A DNA stretch of 64,000 bases from an uncultured delta proteobacterium (GCA_963765675.1 CAVXXK010000001.1:1472001-1536000); one strand, 5' to 3'; shown: positions 17,852 to 28,098, numbered from the stretch's first letter. The notes: generated by a model not told the origin, from the sequence alone. Numbers and translations are program-made.

Positions 17852-18592
17852 ATGAAACAGAACATCTATGACAATCCCGCCTTCTTCGAGGGTTACTCGA
17901 AATTGCGCCGCCATGAAGGCGGTCTCAACGCCGCGCTAGAATGGCCCGCGCTGCATTCGATGCTCCCAGCGCTCGGTGGGCTCCACGTGCTCGACCTTGG
18001 ATGCGGCTTCGGCAAATGGTCGCGCCTGATGCGCGAAGAGGGCGCGGCCTCGGTGGTCGGTATCGACATCTCGATCAGGATGCTCGAGCGGGCGCGTGCC
18101 GAGAACGCGCTTGATGGGGTTGCGTATATCAATTGCCCGATCGAAGACGCGGCATTCGATCCTGAAAGCTTCGATTTGGCGACCAGTTCGCTAGCGTTGC
18201 ACTACGTCGAGCGCTTCGACCGCGTGTGCGCGAATGTCGCGCGATGGCTCAAGCCGGGCGGCTCGTTTGTGTTTTCCGTCGAGCATCCGATTATCACCGC
18301 GAATCCAGCAAACCTCGAAGGATGGTGCCTTGACGCGGGCGGAACCAGGCGGCATTGGGCGGTCGATCATTATCGCGACGAGGGCTTGCGCAACACGCGA
18401 TGGTTCGTTGACGGCGTGATAAAATACCATCGCACGATGGAGACCTATCTCAACACGCTGATTGATTCGGGACTCACGATCGCGCGCGTGCTCGAGCCCG
18501 AAGGGACGCCGGAGTTCGTGCGCTCGCAGCCGGACCTCGCAGAGGAGCGGCGCCGACCGCCTTTTCTGCTGATCTCGGCGCGCCGCAAGTGA
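17852..18592 (+). CDS. Class I SAM-dependent methyltransferase
   Basis: QNIYD..FF..Y, VLDLGCGFG, SSLALHY, FSVEHP, KYHRT. Confidence 0.92.
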   Translation: MKQNIYDNPAFFEGYSKLRRHEGGLNAALEWPALHSMLPALGGLHVLDLGCGFGKWSRLMREEGAASVVGIDISIRMLERARAENALDGVAYINCPIEDAAFDPESFDLATSSLALHYVERFDRVCANVARWLKPGGSFVFSVEHPIITANPANLEGWCLDAGGTRRHWAVDHYRDEGLRNTRWFVDGVIKYHRTMETYLNTLIDSGLTIARVLEPEGTPEFVRSQPDLAEERRRPPFLLISARRK

Positions 18593-18601
18593 CGTACACA
18601 G

Positions 18602-19210
18602 TTACGCTTGCGGTTCGGTCTCGCGCTGGCGGATGAAGCGCCCGAGCAGCAGCCGCATCGAATCGACTGGCTGAATCCCGATCATCGGGAAGTCGCCGAG
18701 CACGAAGGTCGGATAACCGAGCGCCGAATGCTCGTCGGCCTCGCGTCGATGCTGCTCGAGCCGCGGCGCCATCCGGCGGCTTTCCAGATCTTCGCGGAAC
18801 TTGATCGAATCCATTCCGGCTCGCCCGGCGATCTCATCGAGGATCGCCGGTACGGAAATGTCTGCGCGATCTTCGAATGCCGCGCGAAACACTGCTTCGT
18901 GATACTCGCTGAATACGTCCGCGTCGCGCGCGAGTTCCGAGCCTTCCAGGGCCGCCGAGGAATCGATCCATCGCTCGAGCGGGGCGACTGCGATTCCGGT
19001 TTCGGCCGCGACCATCAGGACCTTCTGGCGCTCGAGATCGGTGATCGCGCGCCCGGCCTTGGCGCGGTTATCGCGCAGCGCGATTGGCACGCCCTTCCAC
19101 AGCGCGTCGAAGCCGAGCTCGGGCTCGAGCTCCCGTACGATACGCCACGCGACATAACACAGCGTCGATGCGTAATCGAAAAAGATTGGAATCACTACGC
19201 GCGGCATCAT
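18602..19210 (-). CDS. DsbA/FrnE-like thioredoxin-fold protein
   Basis: FFDYASTLCY (SxxC), GYPTFV cis-Pro loop, GIQP. Confidence 0.8.
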   Translation of the reverse strand: MMPRVVIPIFFDYASTLCYVAWRIVRELEPELGFDALWKGVPIALRDNRAKAGRAITDLERQKVLMVAAETGIAVAPLERWIDSSAALEGSELARDADVFSEYHEAVFRAAFEDRADISVPAILDEIAGRAGMDSIKFREDLESRRMAPRLEQHRREADEHSALGYPTFVLGDFPMIGIQPVDSMRLLLGRFIRQRETEPQA

Positions 19211-19298
19211 GAACCAACCGAATTATCGGCCTGTTTCGAAGAATCGCGCAAATGCACGCGTACTTGCGTGCGCCGCTTGCCTGGACGAATCTTGCGCG

Positions 19299-19826
19299 AT
19301 GGATACCAAGCGCCGTCCGGTCCTGAAACTTGGCGTGGTCGATCTCGGCGTCGAGACCGCGACGCTGCCCAACGCAGTAACAGTCGATCTCGCTGTGATC
19401 CGGCATCCGGGCGCAGCCGCGATCGTCGCGCTCGACGCGGACCGCACCATCGCGATGCTGAGCCAGTGGCGCCACGCAATCGGCGCGTGGATTTGGGAAA
19501 TCCCAGCTGGATGCCGCAACGCGGGCGAGGACGCTCTAACCTGCGCGCGGCGCGAGCTTGGTGAAGAGGCAGGGCTTGCGGCGGCCAAGTGGGACCATCT
19601 GGGCGGAATCGTAACGATCCCGAGCTTCTGCGACGAGCGAATTGAGCTCTACCTCGCGCGCGAGTTGTCAACCGGCCATGGCGCGCTCGACCATGACGAA
19701 GTGATCAAGGTCAGCCGAGTCGCTTTCACAGAGACCTTCGCGATGATCGACCGCGGAGAAATCGTCGATGCGAAAACGATCGCGGCACTCTATCGAGCGC
19801 GAGAGTTCCTCGCACTCGCGAAGTAA
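19299..19826 (+). CDS. NUDIX hydrolase (ADP-ribose pyrophosphatase-like)
   Basis: HPGAAAIV, WEIPAG, Nudix box GCRNAGEDALTCARRELGEEAG, GEIVDAKT. Confidence 0.9.
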   Translation: MDTKRRPVLKLGVVDLGVETATLPNAVTVDLAVIRHPGAAAIVALDADRTIAMLSQWRHAIGAWIWEIPAGCRNAGEDALTCARRELGEEAGLAAAKWDHLGGIVTIPSFCDERIELYLARELSTGHGALDHDEVIKVSRVAFTETFAMIDRGEIVDAKTIAALYRAREFLALAK

Positions 19827-19905
19827 CATCATCGGCTCAGCGCGGACCTAGGACACGAAAACCTCACGACCTGGACAAGTCGGCTAAATTCGACGGATGT
19901 CGCGC

Positions 19906-21507
19906 TCATTTGCCGTGCGCGGAGAGCCAGACGTGCTCGAAACGGGTGGGGCGCATCGGGTTGAGGACGTAGTCGTGGACCCAGGGCTGATGGATTACGT
20001 CGATCACCGGATAGTAGAGGAACACCCACGGCGCGTCGGCGATCACGATCCGCTGGGCCTGATCGTACAGCGCGTAGCGTTGCGTGAAATTGGTTTCGCG
20101 CGCGGCGCGATCGAGCAGCGCCTCGAATTCGGGATTGTAATAGAAGCTATCGTTGTTCGAGCCCCATTGGCTGCGCGAAAGCAGCGTGCCGAGCACATTG
20201 GTCGGATCGGGAAAGTCGGCTTCCCATCCGTAGAGAAATGCCGGCGCGGTATGCGGCTGGCGAATCGCTTCGAGAAACGGACCCCACGCGACCGGCTTCA
20301 GAATCGCACTGACGCCAACCTCGGCAAGGTCTTGCTGAATCGATTGTCCGAGCATCAACACAGTTGGGTCGGCGCGCATCCAGATTTCAAAGCTGAATCC
20401 TCCGCCCAGATGCGCTGATTCGAGCAGCGCGCGCGCCCGCGCGGGGTCGTGCGAATAGTTTTCGAGGTCAGGGACGAAGCCGGGCATGTTCGGTGGCAGC
20501 GGCTCATGCGCGACCACGCCGCGGCCGTTTAAGATCGCAACCAGCTTGTGGCGATCGATCGCGTAGCTCATCGCGCGGCGCACGCGAACGTCGTCGAATG
20601 GCGGCATCTGGCAGTTCATGCCCAGGTATTCGGTAGTCACGGTGGTTTTGCGCAGCACCAGCTTCGCGAGCGCGGGAGTTTTCATCACGTATGGAAACTC
20701 AGCGGGCGGGATCTGCGCGACCAGGTCCAGATCGCCGGCCTCGAACCTCAGCCATTGCAGCTCGGAATCGACACCGAGCGAATCGACCACCGCGTCAAGC
20801 CGCGGCAATCCCTTGTCGAAATAGTATGGATTTTGCACGATGACGATTCGCTGGCCGCCCTTCCATTCGCGCAGCATGAACGCGCCGCTGCCTACGGGAT
20901 GATGCGAGAAATCGTCGCCCCATCGCGCTACGACTTCGCGCGGAACCGCCGCCGCAAATGGCATTGCGAGCTTGTGCGGAAAAATCGGATCGGGCGCACT
21001 CAGATGAAAACTGATCGTCCACGCGTCGGGCGTCTCGATTCCGCTGACGTGCGCCATCCGATGCGCCGCGAAGTCATCGGCTCCCGCAATCCCGCGGTAG
21101 TACTCCATTCCCTTCGAACGCGTCGCCGGATCGATCACGCGCTCAATCCCGTAACGCACGTCGTCGCTGGTGACGGCGCGCCCGGTCGAAAAGCGCGCGT
21201 CGCGCCGCAGATGAAAGGTGAAGCTCATCGCGTCAGGCGCGGCTTCCCAGCTCGTCGCCAAGTCCGGCTCGAGTTCGACGTTATCTTCACCATAGCGAAC
21301 CAGCGTGTCGAAGATCGCCTGCTCGAAGGTCCACGACAACGTGTCGTAACCGGCCGCCGGATCGAGCGTTGGAATATCGTCCGCGTCGGCCAGTCTCAAC
21401 ACCATCGCATGCAAAGGAAATTCCGGCGCGCCGCTATTGGCGCGGCAGCCGCAAAGTGCGACCACGAGCGCCGCAACAATCAACGCATAGTGCCGCCAAA
21501 GATTCAT
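19906..21507 (-). CDS. Peptide/nickel ABC transporter substrate-binding lipoprotein (family 5)
   Basis: Lipobox LCGC, TLDPA, EPDLATSW, FHLR..ARF, PVGSGAF, VRRAMSYAIDR. Confidence 0.92.
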   Translation of the reverse strand: MNLWRHYALIVAALVVALCGCRANSGAPEFPLHAMVLRLADADDIPTLDPAAGYDTLSWTFEQAIFDTLVRYGEDNVELEPDLATSWEAAPDAMSFTFHLRRDARFSTGRAVTSDDVRYGIERVIDPATRSKGMEYYRGIAGADDFAAHRMAHVSGIETPDAWTISFHLSAPDPIFPHKLAMPFAAAVPREVVARWGDDFSHHPVGSGAFMLREWKGGQRIVIVQNPYYFDKGLPRLDAVVDSLGVDSELQWLRFEAGDLDLVAQIPPAEFPYVMKTPALAKLVLRKTTVTTEYLGMNCQMPPFDDVRVRRAMSYAIDRHKLVAILNGRGVVAHEPLPPNMPGFVPDLENYSHDPARARALLESAHLGGGFSFEIWMRADPTVLMLGQSIQQDLAEVGVSAILKPVAWGPFLEAIRQPHTAPAFLYGWEADFPDPTNVLGTLLSRSQWGSNNDSFYYNPEFEALLDRAARETNFTQRYALYDQAQRIVIADAPWVFLYYPVIDVIHQPWVHDYVLNPMRPTRFEHVWLSAHGK

Positions 21508-22316
21508 CGCGCGCGCCGCCCGAGTACGCCGTAACCCAGCAGATTGAACCCGAGTACCGCGTAAAAGATTGCGAGTCCTGGCGAGATCGCGAGCCACGGC
21601 GCGGTGCGAAAATACATCGTCCCTTCCGCCACCATCCGTCCCCAGCTCGGCGCCGGAGGCGGCACGCCGAGCCCAAGAAAACTCAACGCGGCTTCGAGCA
21701 GCAGCGTTCCCGAGGTGCCGAGCATCGCCATGACGACGATTATTGGCACGAGATTGGGCAGGACGTGACGCACGATCAGCCGCGGCGCCGGAGCTCCTAG
21801 CGTGCGCGCCGCGAGCACAAAGTCGCGCGCCGTCATGGACATCGCCTCGGCGCGAACCACGCGTGCGACCTGCGTCCACGAAACGACGCCGATCACGAGC
21901 AGGACACTCAGCAGGCTCGGGCGCAGCACCGCGACTAGCGCCATCGCGAGCAGCAAAAACGGCAGCGAGAGCATCACGTCCGTGAACCGCATCAGGATCA
22001 GATCCACCGCGCCGCCGAAGAAACCCGAGCCGAGGCCGATCGAGACGCCGATCGCCATCGTCAGCGCCATCGCCGCGACTCCGACCACCAGCGAGATGCG
22101 CGCGCCGAAAATTATTCGCGACAGAACGTCGCGGCCGAGCTGGTCGGTGCCGAGCGGAAATCTTATCGATGGCGCACCTGGATCGCCGAAGGTCGCGGCG
22201 ACCGCGCGAGCCGGATCATGCGGTGCGATCAGCGGCGCGAAAATCGCCACGAGGACCAGGCTCAGCACCATCGCGCCGCCGATCAGCTCGAGCCAGTTGA
22301 CCCGCTGCGAGGTCAT
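21504..22316 (-). CDS. Peptide ABC transporter permease (DppC/OppC)
   Basis: PLGTDQLGRDVLSRIIFGARISL, FVLAARTLGA, HVLPN, LSFLGLGV. Confidence 0.93.
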   Translation of the reverse strand: MTSQRVNWLELIGGAMVLSLVLVAIFAPLIAPHDPARAVAATFGDPGAPSIRFPLGTDQLGRDVLSRIIFGARISLVVGVAAMALTMAIGVSIGLGSGFFGGAVDLILMRFTDVMLSLPFLLLAMALVAVLRPSLLSVLLVIGVVSWTQVARVVRAEAMSMTARDFVLAARTLGAPAPRLIVRHVLPNLVPIIVVMAMLGTSGTLLLEAALSFLGLGVPPPAPSWGRMVAEGTMYFRTAPWLAISPGLAIFYAVLGFNLLGYGVLGRRAR

Positions 22317-23242
22317 CGCGATCGCTCCAGCCGGATACGCGGGTCGAGCCACGCGTAGAGGACATCGACCGCGATATTCGCCGAGACGATCAGGAGCGCG
22401 CTGAACAGCACGATTCCCATGATCAGCGGAATGTCGAGGTTGAACACCGCTTCGTACGCGAGCCGGCCGATTCCCGGCCAGTTGAAAACCGTCTCGGTCA
22501 AAACCACGCCCGAGAACATGCTGGCGAGGTCGAGCCCGGCAATCGTCACCAGCGGCAGCATCGCATTTGCCATCGCATGCGTCAGCATCGCGCGGGCGTT
22601 CGAGAGTCCCTTGCCGCGCGCGGTGCGGATGTAATCCTGATCCATCGCGTCGGACAGGTTGGTGTGCAGGATTCGCGAGTAATAGCCCGCCGAGCCGAGC
22701 GCGAGCGTGAGCGTCGGCAGCACGAGGCTTAACGGTCCGCTGAATCCTCCGAGCGGAAAAGTGCGCAGGTAGAGTCCGCCCGCGATCAGGAGCATCGTGC
22801 CGAGCCAAAATACCGGCATCGAGACGAGAGCCAGAGAAAGGACCAGCAGCGTGTTGTCTGCGGCGCGGCCGCGGTACGCCGCCGCGACCGAGCCCATCGC
22901 TACGCCCAGGACAAGCGACAGCGCCATCGCGGCGAGCGCGAGGATCGCGGTTGCGGGAAAGCGGCTCGCGATCAGCGCGGAGACGTTTTCGCGGCGGACG
23001 TACGAGCGTCCGAGGTCGCCGTGTGCGGCACGATCGAGATAACGTGCATATTGTATGTACAGCGGCTGGTCGAGACCGAGCTGATGGCGGATCGTCGCAA
23101 GCGTCTGCGGATCGGCTTTTGCGCCGACCATCGTCACCGCGGGATCCGCCGGAATCACGAACGCGATCAGGAATGTGATTAGCGTGGTGCCGACCAGGAC
23201 CGCAGCGCCAAACACGATTCGCCGCGCCAGATAGGTCAGCAT
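22313..23242 (-). CDS. Peptide ABC transporter permease (DppB/OppB)
   Basis: GLDQPLYIQY, GDLGRS, DYIRTARGKGL, ETVFNWPGIG. Confidence 0.93.
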   Translation of the reverse strand: MLTYLARRIVFGAAVLVGTTLITFLIAFVIPADPAVTMVGAKADPQTLATIRHQLGLDQPLYIQYARYLDRAAHGDLGRSYVRRENVSALIASRFPATAILALAAMALSLVLGVAMGSVAAAYRGRAADNTLLVLSLALVSMPVFWLGTMLLIAGGLYLRTFPLGGFSGPLSLVLPTLTLALGSAGYYSRILHTNLSDAMDQDYIRTARGKGLSNARAMLTHAMANAMLPLVTIAGLDLASMFSGVVLTETVFNWPGIGRLAYEAVFNLDIPLIMGIVLFSALLIVSANIAVDVLYAWLDPRIRLERSR

Positions 23243-23245
23243 TGA

Positions 23246-23509
23246 TCAGCCCGAGATTATCTCGCGCTCGAGCAGCTCGCGATGCAACTTGCGCAGCGCG
23301 CGCTCGCGTCGGCGCTCGGCGGCAGAATCAGCGGCGTCGGAGTCCAGCGCGGCGCGATCTTCGGATGGAAGCAAATCCAGCAGGGTACGCATTTCGGCGA
23401 GGATCCGCCGCTCGCTGTCGCCAAGTGTCCGCGATGACTGCAGCGCGCGATAGTGCGCGACAAACGCGGCGAGCGACGCGTATGTAAGCGATTGCCGCGC
23501 GGCGCTCAT
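23246..23509 (-). CDS. Hypothetical helical protein (87 aa)
   Basis: ATGA-coupled to VIT1; stop lies 3 nt before dppB. Confidence 0.7.
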   Translation of the reverse strand: MSAARQSLTYASLAAFVAHYRALQSSRTLGDSERRILAEMRTLLDLLPSEDRAALDSDAADSAAERRRERALRKLHRELLEREIISG

Positions 23510-24231
23510 CCTGCAGTTGCTCCGAGCGGAGAGATCGCCAATCCGATCAGGTATCCTGCTACCGCGGCGGCCAAAGCGATCGCAAGAAAGCGCACTCCTG
23601 AACGCCAGCGCTGCGGGCGCCGCGCCATCCAACCCTCGAAATAGCCGACTCCGAACAGCGCCAGCGCGGTTGCGCCAAGCGCAGAACCCAACGCAGCGTC
23701 CGTTCCTGGCACCAGCAAATAAGGCAGCAGCGGAACCACCGCCCCGACCGCGAACGCAACTCCCATCACGACTCCGTCGAGCGCTGCGTTCGAGCGCATC
23801 GCGCCGGCGAGTCCGTAAACTTTTTCCTCCGCGGTTTCCATCAGCAATTCCGGAGAGCTGCTGAGCAGTTGTACGACACGGTAACCGGCCTCGCGCGTGA
23901 GGCCCTGCTTCTCGAACTCGTCGAGCAGCGCCTCCTGCACGACGTACGGACGCTGTACGGCCTCGCGGCGTGTGCGCGCGACCTCGCTTGCCATCACTTC
24001 GCTCTCGGCGCGCGTGCCCAGATACGCGCCCGCGCCCATCGAGAGCGCGCCGGCCGCGGTCGAGGCGAGTGCGGCCAGGACGATTTGCGTATGGTCCGAG
24101 ACCGCGCCGCTGAGTCCGGCCAGCACCCCGGCGGTGGTGAGCACGCCGTCCTGCGCGCCGAAGACAATTTCACGCACGCTCGAAAGCCGTTCAAACAGCC
24201 GGCGCTTTTCGACTGGTTTTGATGCAGCCAA
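23506..24231 (-). CDS. VIT1/CCC1 family Fe/Mn transporter
   Basis: VFGAQDGVLT, AGALSMGAGAYL, GAVVPLLPY. Confidence 0.92.
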   Translation of the reverse strand: MAASKPVEKRRLFERLSSVREIVFGAQDGVLTTAGVLAGLSGAVSDHTQIVLAALASTAAGALSMGAGAYLGTRAESEVMASEVARTRREAVQRPYVVQEALLDEFEKQGLTREAGYRVVQLLSSSPELLMETAEEKVYGLAGAMRSNAALDGVVMGVAFAVGAVVPLLPYLLVPGTDAALGSALGATALALFGVGYFEGWMARRPQRWRSGVRFLAIALAAAVAGYLIGLAISPLGATAG

Positions 24232-24237
24232 GGGCGA

Positions 24238-24765
24238 TTAGAATTTCCGGTCGGCCGGTCCGAAGCCGCTGCCCGGTGTCCAATCCGCAGGACAGAGGCG
24301 ATTGGTGCGCAGCGCCTGGACGATCCGCAGAATCTCGCTGACGCGGCGTCCGATATTGATCGGGCACGCTTGCGAGAACGCGATCTTGCGTACCTGATCG
24401 ATGACGAAGGTCGCCCGCATCGCAACTTTTTCCTGTTCGTCGAACACGCCGTACGCTCTGGCGAGTTGTCCTCCTTCGTCGGCAACCAGCGGCAGCTCCA
24501 ACCCGCCGAGTTCGCGCGACCATCGGCGATGGCTCTCAGCGTCATCGACGCTCGCGCCGATCACGGCGGTTTTCTCGGCGCGAAACAGGCCGAGCGACTG
24601 GTTGAAACCGGTCACCTCGGTTGGACAGATAAAGGAAAAATCCCGCGGATAAAAAAATAGGACGATCATTTCGTCGTCGAGCTTCGACAGCGTAACGCGG
24701 CCGATACGGTCTCCGGTCGCGGCGGAAAGATCGAACGGCGGTGCGCTGTCTCCAGGTCTGAGCAT
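24238..24765 (-). CDS. ahpC: 2-Cys peroxiredoxin (AhpC/Prx1)
   Basis: FYPRDFSFICPTE (peroxidatic Cys), RATFVID, GR...E, LCPADW (resolving Cys). Confidence 0.88.
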   Translation of the reverse strand: MLRPGDSAPPFDLSAATGDRIGRVTLSKLDDEMIVLFFYPRDFSFICPTEVTGFNQSLGLFRAEKTAVIGASVDDAESHRRWSRELGGLELPLVADEGGQLARAYGVFDEQEKVAMRATFVIDQVRKIAFSQACPINIGRRVSEILRIVQALRTNRLCPADWTPGSGFGPADRKF

Positions 24766-24798
24766 GATCAGATTGCGAGTGTTGCCATCTTGCGTGCG

Positions 24799-25524
24799 TT
24801 ATTCAATCGCATAGGTGAGCGTCACATTTGCAGGGATCGTCACCTGCCCGGCCTCGATCGGAGTGGACACGTTCGCCGCCATCCCGACGGCCATCGCGCG
24901 CATCATCGGGACCGGACGGACCTCGGCCTCGGTCGAGGCTTTGAGCACGCTGCCGAGTTTGACCCCGAGCGCCGCGGCCAACGCTTGCGCCTGCGACTGC
25001 GCGTCGTGCGCCGCCGCGGTGATGGCCTGCGAGCGCGCCTTGACGTTGTTCTTGACGGTGAAATTCAGATAGTTGATGCGATTGGCGCCGGCCGCGATTG
25101 CCGAATCGATCAGAGGACCAACCAGGTCCAGCGTCGCGGTCTCGACACGAATCGAGTTCTGCGCGTTGTATCCGATGATCTTCGCGGTATCGTCGCCCGG
25201 ATGCTGCCGGTAGTCCGGGCTGAGCGAATATCCTCCGGTCGAAATCTGTCCGCTGCCCGCGAGCTTGGACTTGAGCGCGTCCATGACCTTGGTTGCGAGT
25301 TCTGCATTGCGCTTGGCGGCGTCGGCGGCGTTCGGCGCATGAGTCTCGATCGCGAAATCGAGGACTGCATAGTCGGGAGGCACGCTGGCCTCGCCACTAC
25401 CGGAGACCACGATCGTTCTCGCCGCCTGCTCGGCTGCGGACGCCGGTTCCATCGGTGCGGCGAGCGCTGCGATCGGTAAGGTTATCGCCAGGAGCATAAG
25501 CGTTGAAACAAATCTGATACGCAT
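24799..25524 (-). CDS. SIMPL (DUF541) periplasmic protein
   Basis: Signal peptide, TIVVSGSGEASVPPD, AGANRINYLNF, LAAALGVKLG, TPIEAG. Confidence 0.9.
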   Translation of the reverse strand: MRIRFVSTLMLLAITLPIAALAAPMEPASAAEQAARTIVVSGSGEASVPPDYAVLDFAIETHAPNAADAAKRNAELATKVMDALKSKLAGSGQISTGGYSLSPDYRQHPGDDTAKIIGYNAQNSIRVETATLDLVGPLIDSAIAAGANRINYLNFTVKNNVKARSQAITAAAHDAQSQAQALAAALGVKLGSVLKASTEAEVRPVPMMRAMAVGMAANVSTPIEAGQVTIPANVTLTYAIE

Positions 25525-25620
25525 GCGGATTCTCCCCGGGCTTTTCCGCCCGACGCATTGATCCACGCAGATAATAGCCGGAGACTTATCCCTTTGACGA
25601 TACGCAGAGGATAGCCCGCG

Positions 25621-27084
25621 ATGGCTGAAAAGCAGGACGACCGCAAAGTAACACCCCGCAGCCAGGATTTCGCGCAGTGGTACAACGATATCGTGCTGCG
25701 CGCCGAGCTGGCGGATTATTCGCCGGTGCGCGGATGCATCGTCTTCCGGCCCGACGGCTTCGCAATCTGGGAGGCGCTGCAGGCGGAGCTCGATCGCCGG
25801 ATCAAGAAGACCGGTGCGCGCAACGCGTACTTTCCGGTGCTGATACCGATGAGCTTCCTGCAGAAGGAGGCCAAGCACGTCGAAGGTTTCGCGCCCGAGG
25901 TCGCGGTCGTCACTCACGGCGGCGGCAAGGAGCTCGATGAGCCGCTGGTCGTGCGTCCAACTTCCGAAACGATCATCAATCACATGTTCGCGCAATGGAT
26001 ACATTCGCATCGCGACCTGCCGATGATGGTCAATCAGTGGTGCAACGTGCTGCGCTGGGAGATGCGGACGCGAATCTTTCTGCGCACCGCGGAGTTCCTG
26101 TGGCAGGAGGGGCACACCGCGCACGCGACCCGCGAAGAGGCTGAGCGCGAGACGCTCACGATGCTCGAGGTCTATCGCGCGTTCGTCGAGGAATATCTCG
26201 CGATCCCGCTCATCGTCGGGCGCAAGAGCGCTGCCGAACGGTTTCCTGGCGCGGAAGAGACCTACACGATCGAAGGTCTGATGGGCGACGGGCGTGCACT
26301 GCAATGCGGAACGTCGCACTTCCTCGGCCAGAATTTCTCCAAGGCGTTCGACATCAAGTTTCTCGACGATCAGAATCAGATGCAGCACGCGTGGCAGACG
26401 AGCTGGGGCGTTTCAACGCGTCTGCTCGGCGCGATCGTGATGGTCCATGGCGACGACCAGGGGCTCCGGCTCCCGCCTGCGGTCGCGGGCACGCAAGTCG
26501 TTATCGTGCCGATCTATCGCAAAGCGGAAGAGGGCGCGCAGGTGATGGCGTCGGCGCGCGCCATTTTGGAGTCGCTCGAAAACGCCGGCCTGCGCGCGCG
26601 CCTCGATTCGCGCGAGGGTTTAACGCCAGGCTTCAAATTCAACGATTGGGAAATGCGCGGCGTCCCGCTGCGGATCGAGATTGGCCCCCGCGATGTCGCG
26701 TCCGGAGAAGCGGTGCTGGCTCGGCGCGATCGCAAAGGTCCCGAGGCGAAATCCAAAGCTGCGATCCCGGAACTCGCGGCGCGCGCGCGGGAGATTCTCG
26801 ACGAGATTCAGAAGAGCTTCTTCGAGCAAGCGAAGGCCGCACTCGCATCGCAGATCCGCGAGTTCGACTCATACGCCGGTTTGGTGAAACAGATGGAAGG
26901 CGAGGGCGGCGGAGGATTCGCGACTGTCTATTGGTGCGGTAATCCCGCGTGTGAAACCAAAATTCGCGAAGAGACTAAAGCAACCTGCCGCGCGATTCCG
27001 CTAAATCAGAACTGCGCCGCCGGCAAATGTATAGTATGTGGAGAGCCAGCACCCGAACGTGCGTATTTCGCCAAGGCATATTAG
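25621..27084 (+). CDS. proS: Proline--tRNA ligase (archaeal/eukaryote-like type)
   Basis: HVEGFAPE, VRPTSET, QWCNVLRWE, FLWQEGHT, GTSHFLGQNF, SWGVSTR, C-terminal Zn cysteines, FAKAY end. Confidence 0.97.
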   Translation: MAEKQDDRKVTPRSQDFAQWYNDIVLRAELADYSPVRGCIVFRPDGFAIWEALQAELDRRIKKTGARNAYFPVLIPMSFLQKEAKHVEGFAPEVAVVTHGGGKELDEPLVVRPTSETIINHMFAQWIHSHRDLPMMVNQWCNVLRWEMRTRIFLRTAEFLWQEGHTAHATREEAERETLTMLEVYRAFVEEYLAIPLIVGRKSAAERFPGAEETYTIEGLMGDGRALQCGTSHFLGQNFSKAFDIKFLDDQNQMQHAWQTSWGVSTRLLGAIVMVHGDDQGLRLPPAVAGTQVVIVPIYRKAEEGAQVMASARAILESLENAGLRARLDSREGLTPGFKFNDWEMRGVPLRIEIGPRDVASGEAVLARRDRKGPEAKSKAAIPELAARAREILDEIQKSFFEQAKAALASQIREFDSYAGLVKQMEGEGGGGFATVYWCGNPACETKIREETKATCRAIPLNQNCAAGKCIVCGEPAPERAYFAKAY

Positions 27085-27099
27085 CCACTTCGCCCGATG

Positions 27100-28098
27100 C
27101 TAGAGCTTGTACGATATCTTCATCGCGGCGCGCACTTCTTCCATCGTCTGCTGAGCGACCGCGCGGCCTTTACGCGTGCCTTCGACGATAATCTCACGCA
27201 CGCGCTCGGGCTTGGAGACATAGTCAGAGCGCCGCGCGCGAATTGGTTCCAGGAAGTTGTCTAGCGCCTTGAACAACTTCTCCTTCACTTCGACGTCGCC
27301 GACCGTCCCTTTCACGTACCGATCTTTCAGCTCATCGACCTCGGCCTTATCTGGATTGAATACGTCGTGGTAGATAAAAACCGGATTGCCTTCGACGTGG
27401 CCGGGATCGGTCGGATGAATCCGCGTCGGATCGGTATACATCGACATCACGCGCTTGCGTAGCTGCTCCTTCGAGTCGCCCAGATAAATACAGTTGCCGA
27501 GCGACTTGGACATTTTGGCTCCCCCGTCGGTGCCGGGCAGTCGCGCTACCTGGCCCACCATCGCGCGCGGTTCAACCAGGATTTTTTTGTACAGCCGGTT
27601 GAAGCGGCGCACGATCTCGCGCGTCTGCTCGATCATCGGCAACTGGTCTTCACCGACCGGCACCAGCTCGGCTTTGAAGATGGTTATGTCGGCGGCCTGC
27701 GAAATTGGGTAGGTGTAAAATCCGACCGGGAGCCCCTTGGTAAAATTCTTCTGCTTGATCTCTTCCTTCAATGTCGGATTACGTTCGAGCGTCGCCGTCG
27801 TCACCAGGTTCATGTAGTAAATAGTAAGCTCAGTCAGCTCTGGCACCATCGACTGCACGACTATCTTAACCTTTTCAGGATCGAGCCCGACGGCGAGGTA
27901 GTCAGTTGCGACCTCGAGAACGTTTGTCTCGAGCATCTCGGGTCGTTCGAAGTTGTCGGTCAGCGCCTGGATATCAGCGATTAGGACGAAGGTATCGTAT
28001 TCATTCTGCAACTTGACGCGATTTTGCAGCGAGCCGACATAGTGTCCGAGATGCAACGGCGCGGTCGGTCGGTCTCCAGTGAGTATTCGTTTGACCAT
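27100..28098 (-). CDS. trpS: Tryptophan--tRNA ligase
   Basis: [32 protein letters not shown]. Confidence 0.97.
   Translation of the reverse strand: MVKRILTGDRPTAPLHLGHYVGSLQNRVKLQNEYDTFVLIADIQALTDNFERPEMLETNVLEVATDYLAVGLDPEKVKIVVQSMVPELTELTIYYMNLVTTATLERNPTLKEEIKQKNFTKGLPVGFYTYPISQAADITIFKAELVPVGEDQLPMIEQTREIVRRFNRLYKKILVEPRAMVGQVARLPGTDGGAKMSKSLGNCIYLGDSKEQLRKRVMSMYTDPTRIHPTDPGHVEGNPVFIYHDVFNPDKAEVDELKDRYVKGTVGDVEVKEKLFKALDNFLEPIRARRSDYVSKPERVREIIVEGTRKGRAVAQQTMEEVRAAMKISYKL

Noticed and set aside
19906-26388. Long N-terminal extensions in the ORF track (657-aa SBP, 434-aa DppC, 529-aa SIMPL)
   Set aside because: The extensions overlap neighbouring real genes; signal peptides and ATGA coupling give shorter starts.
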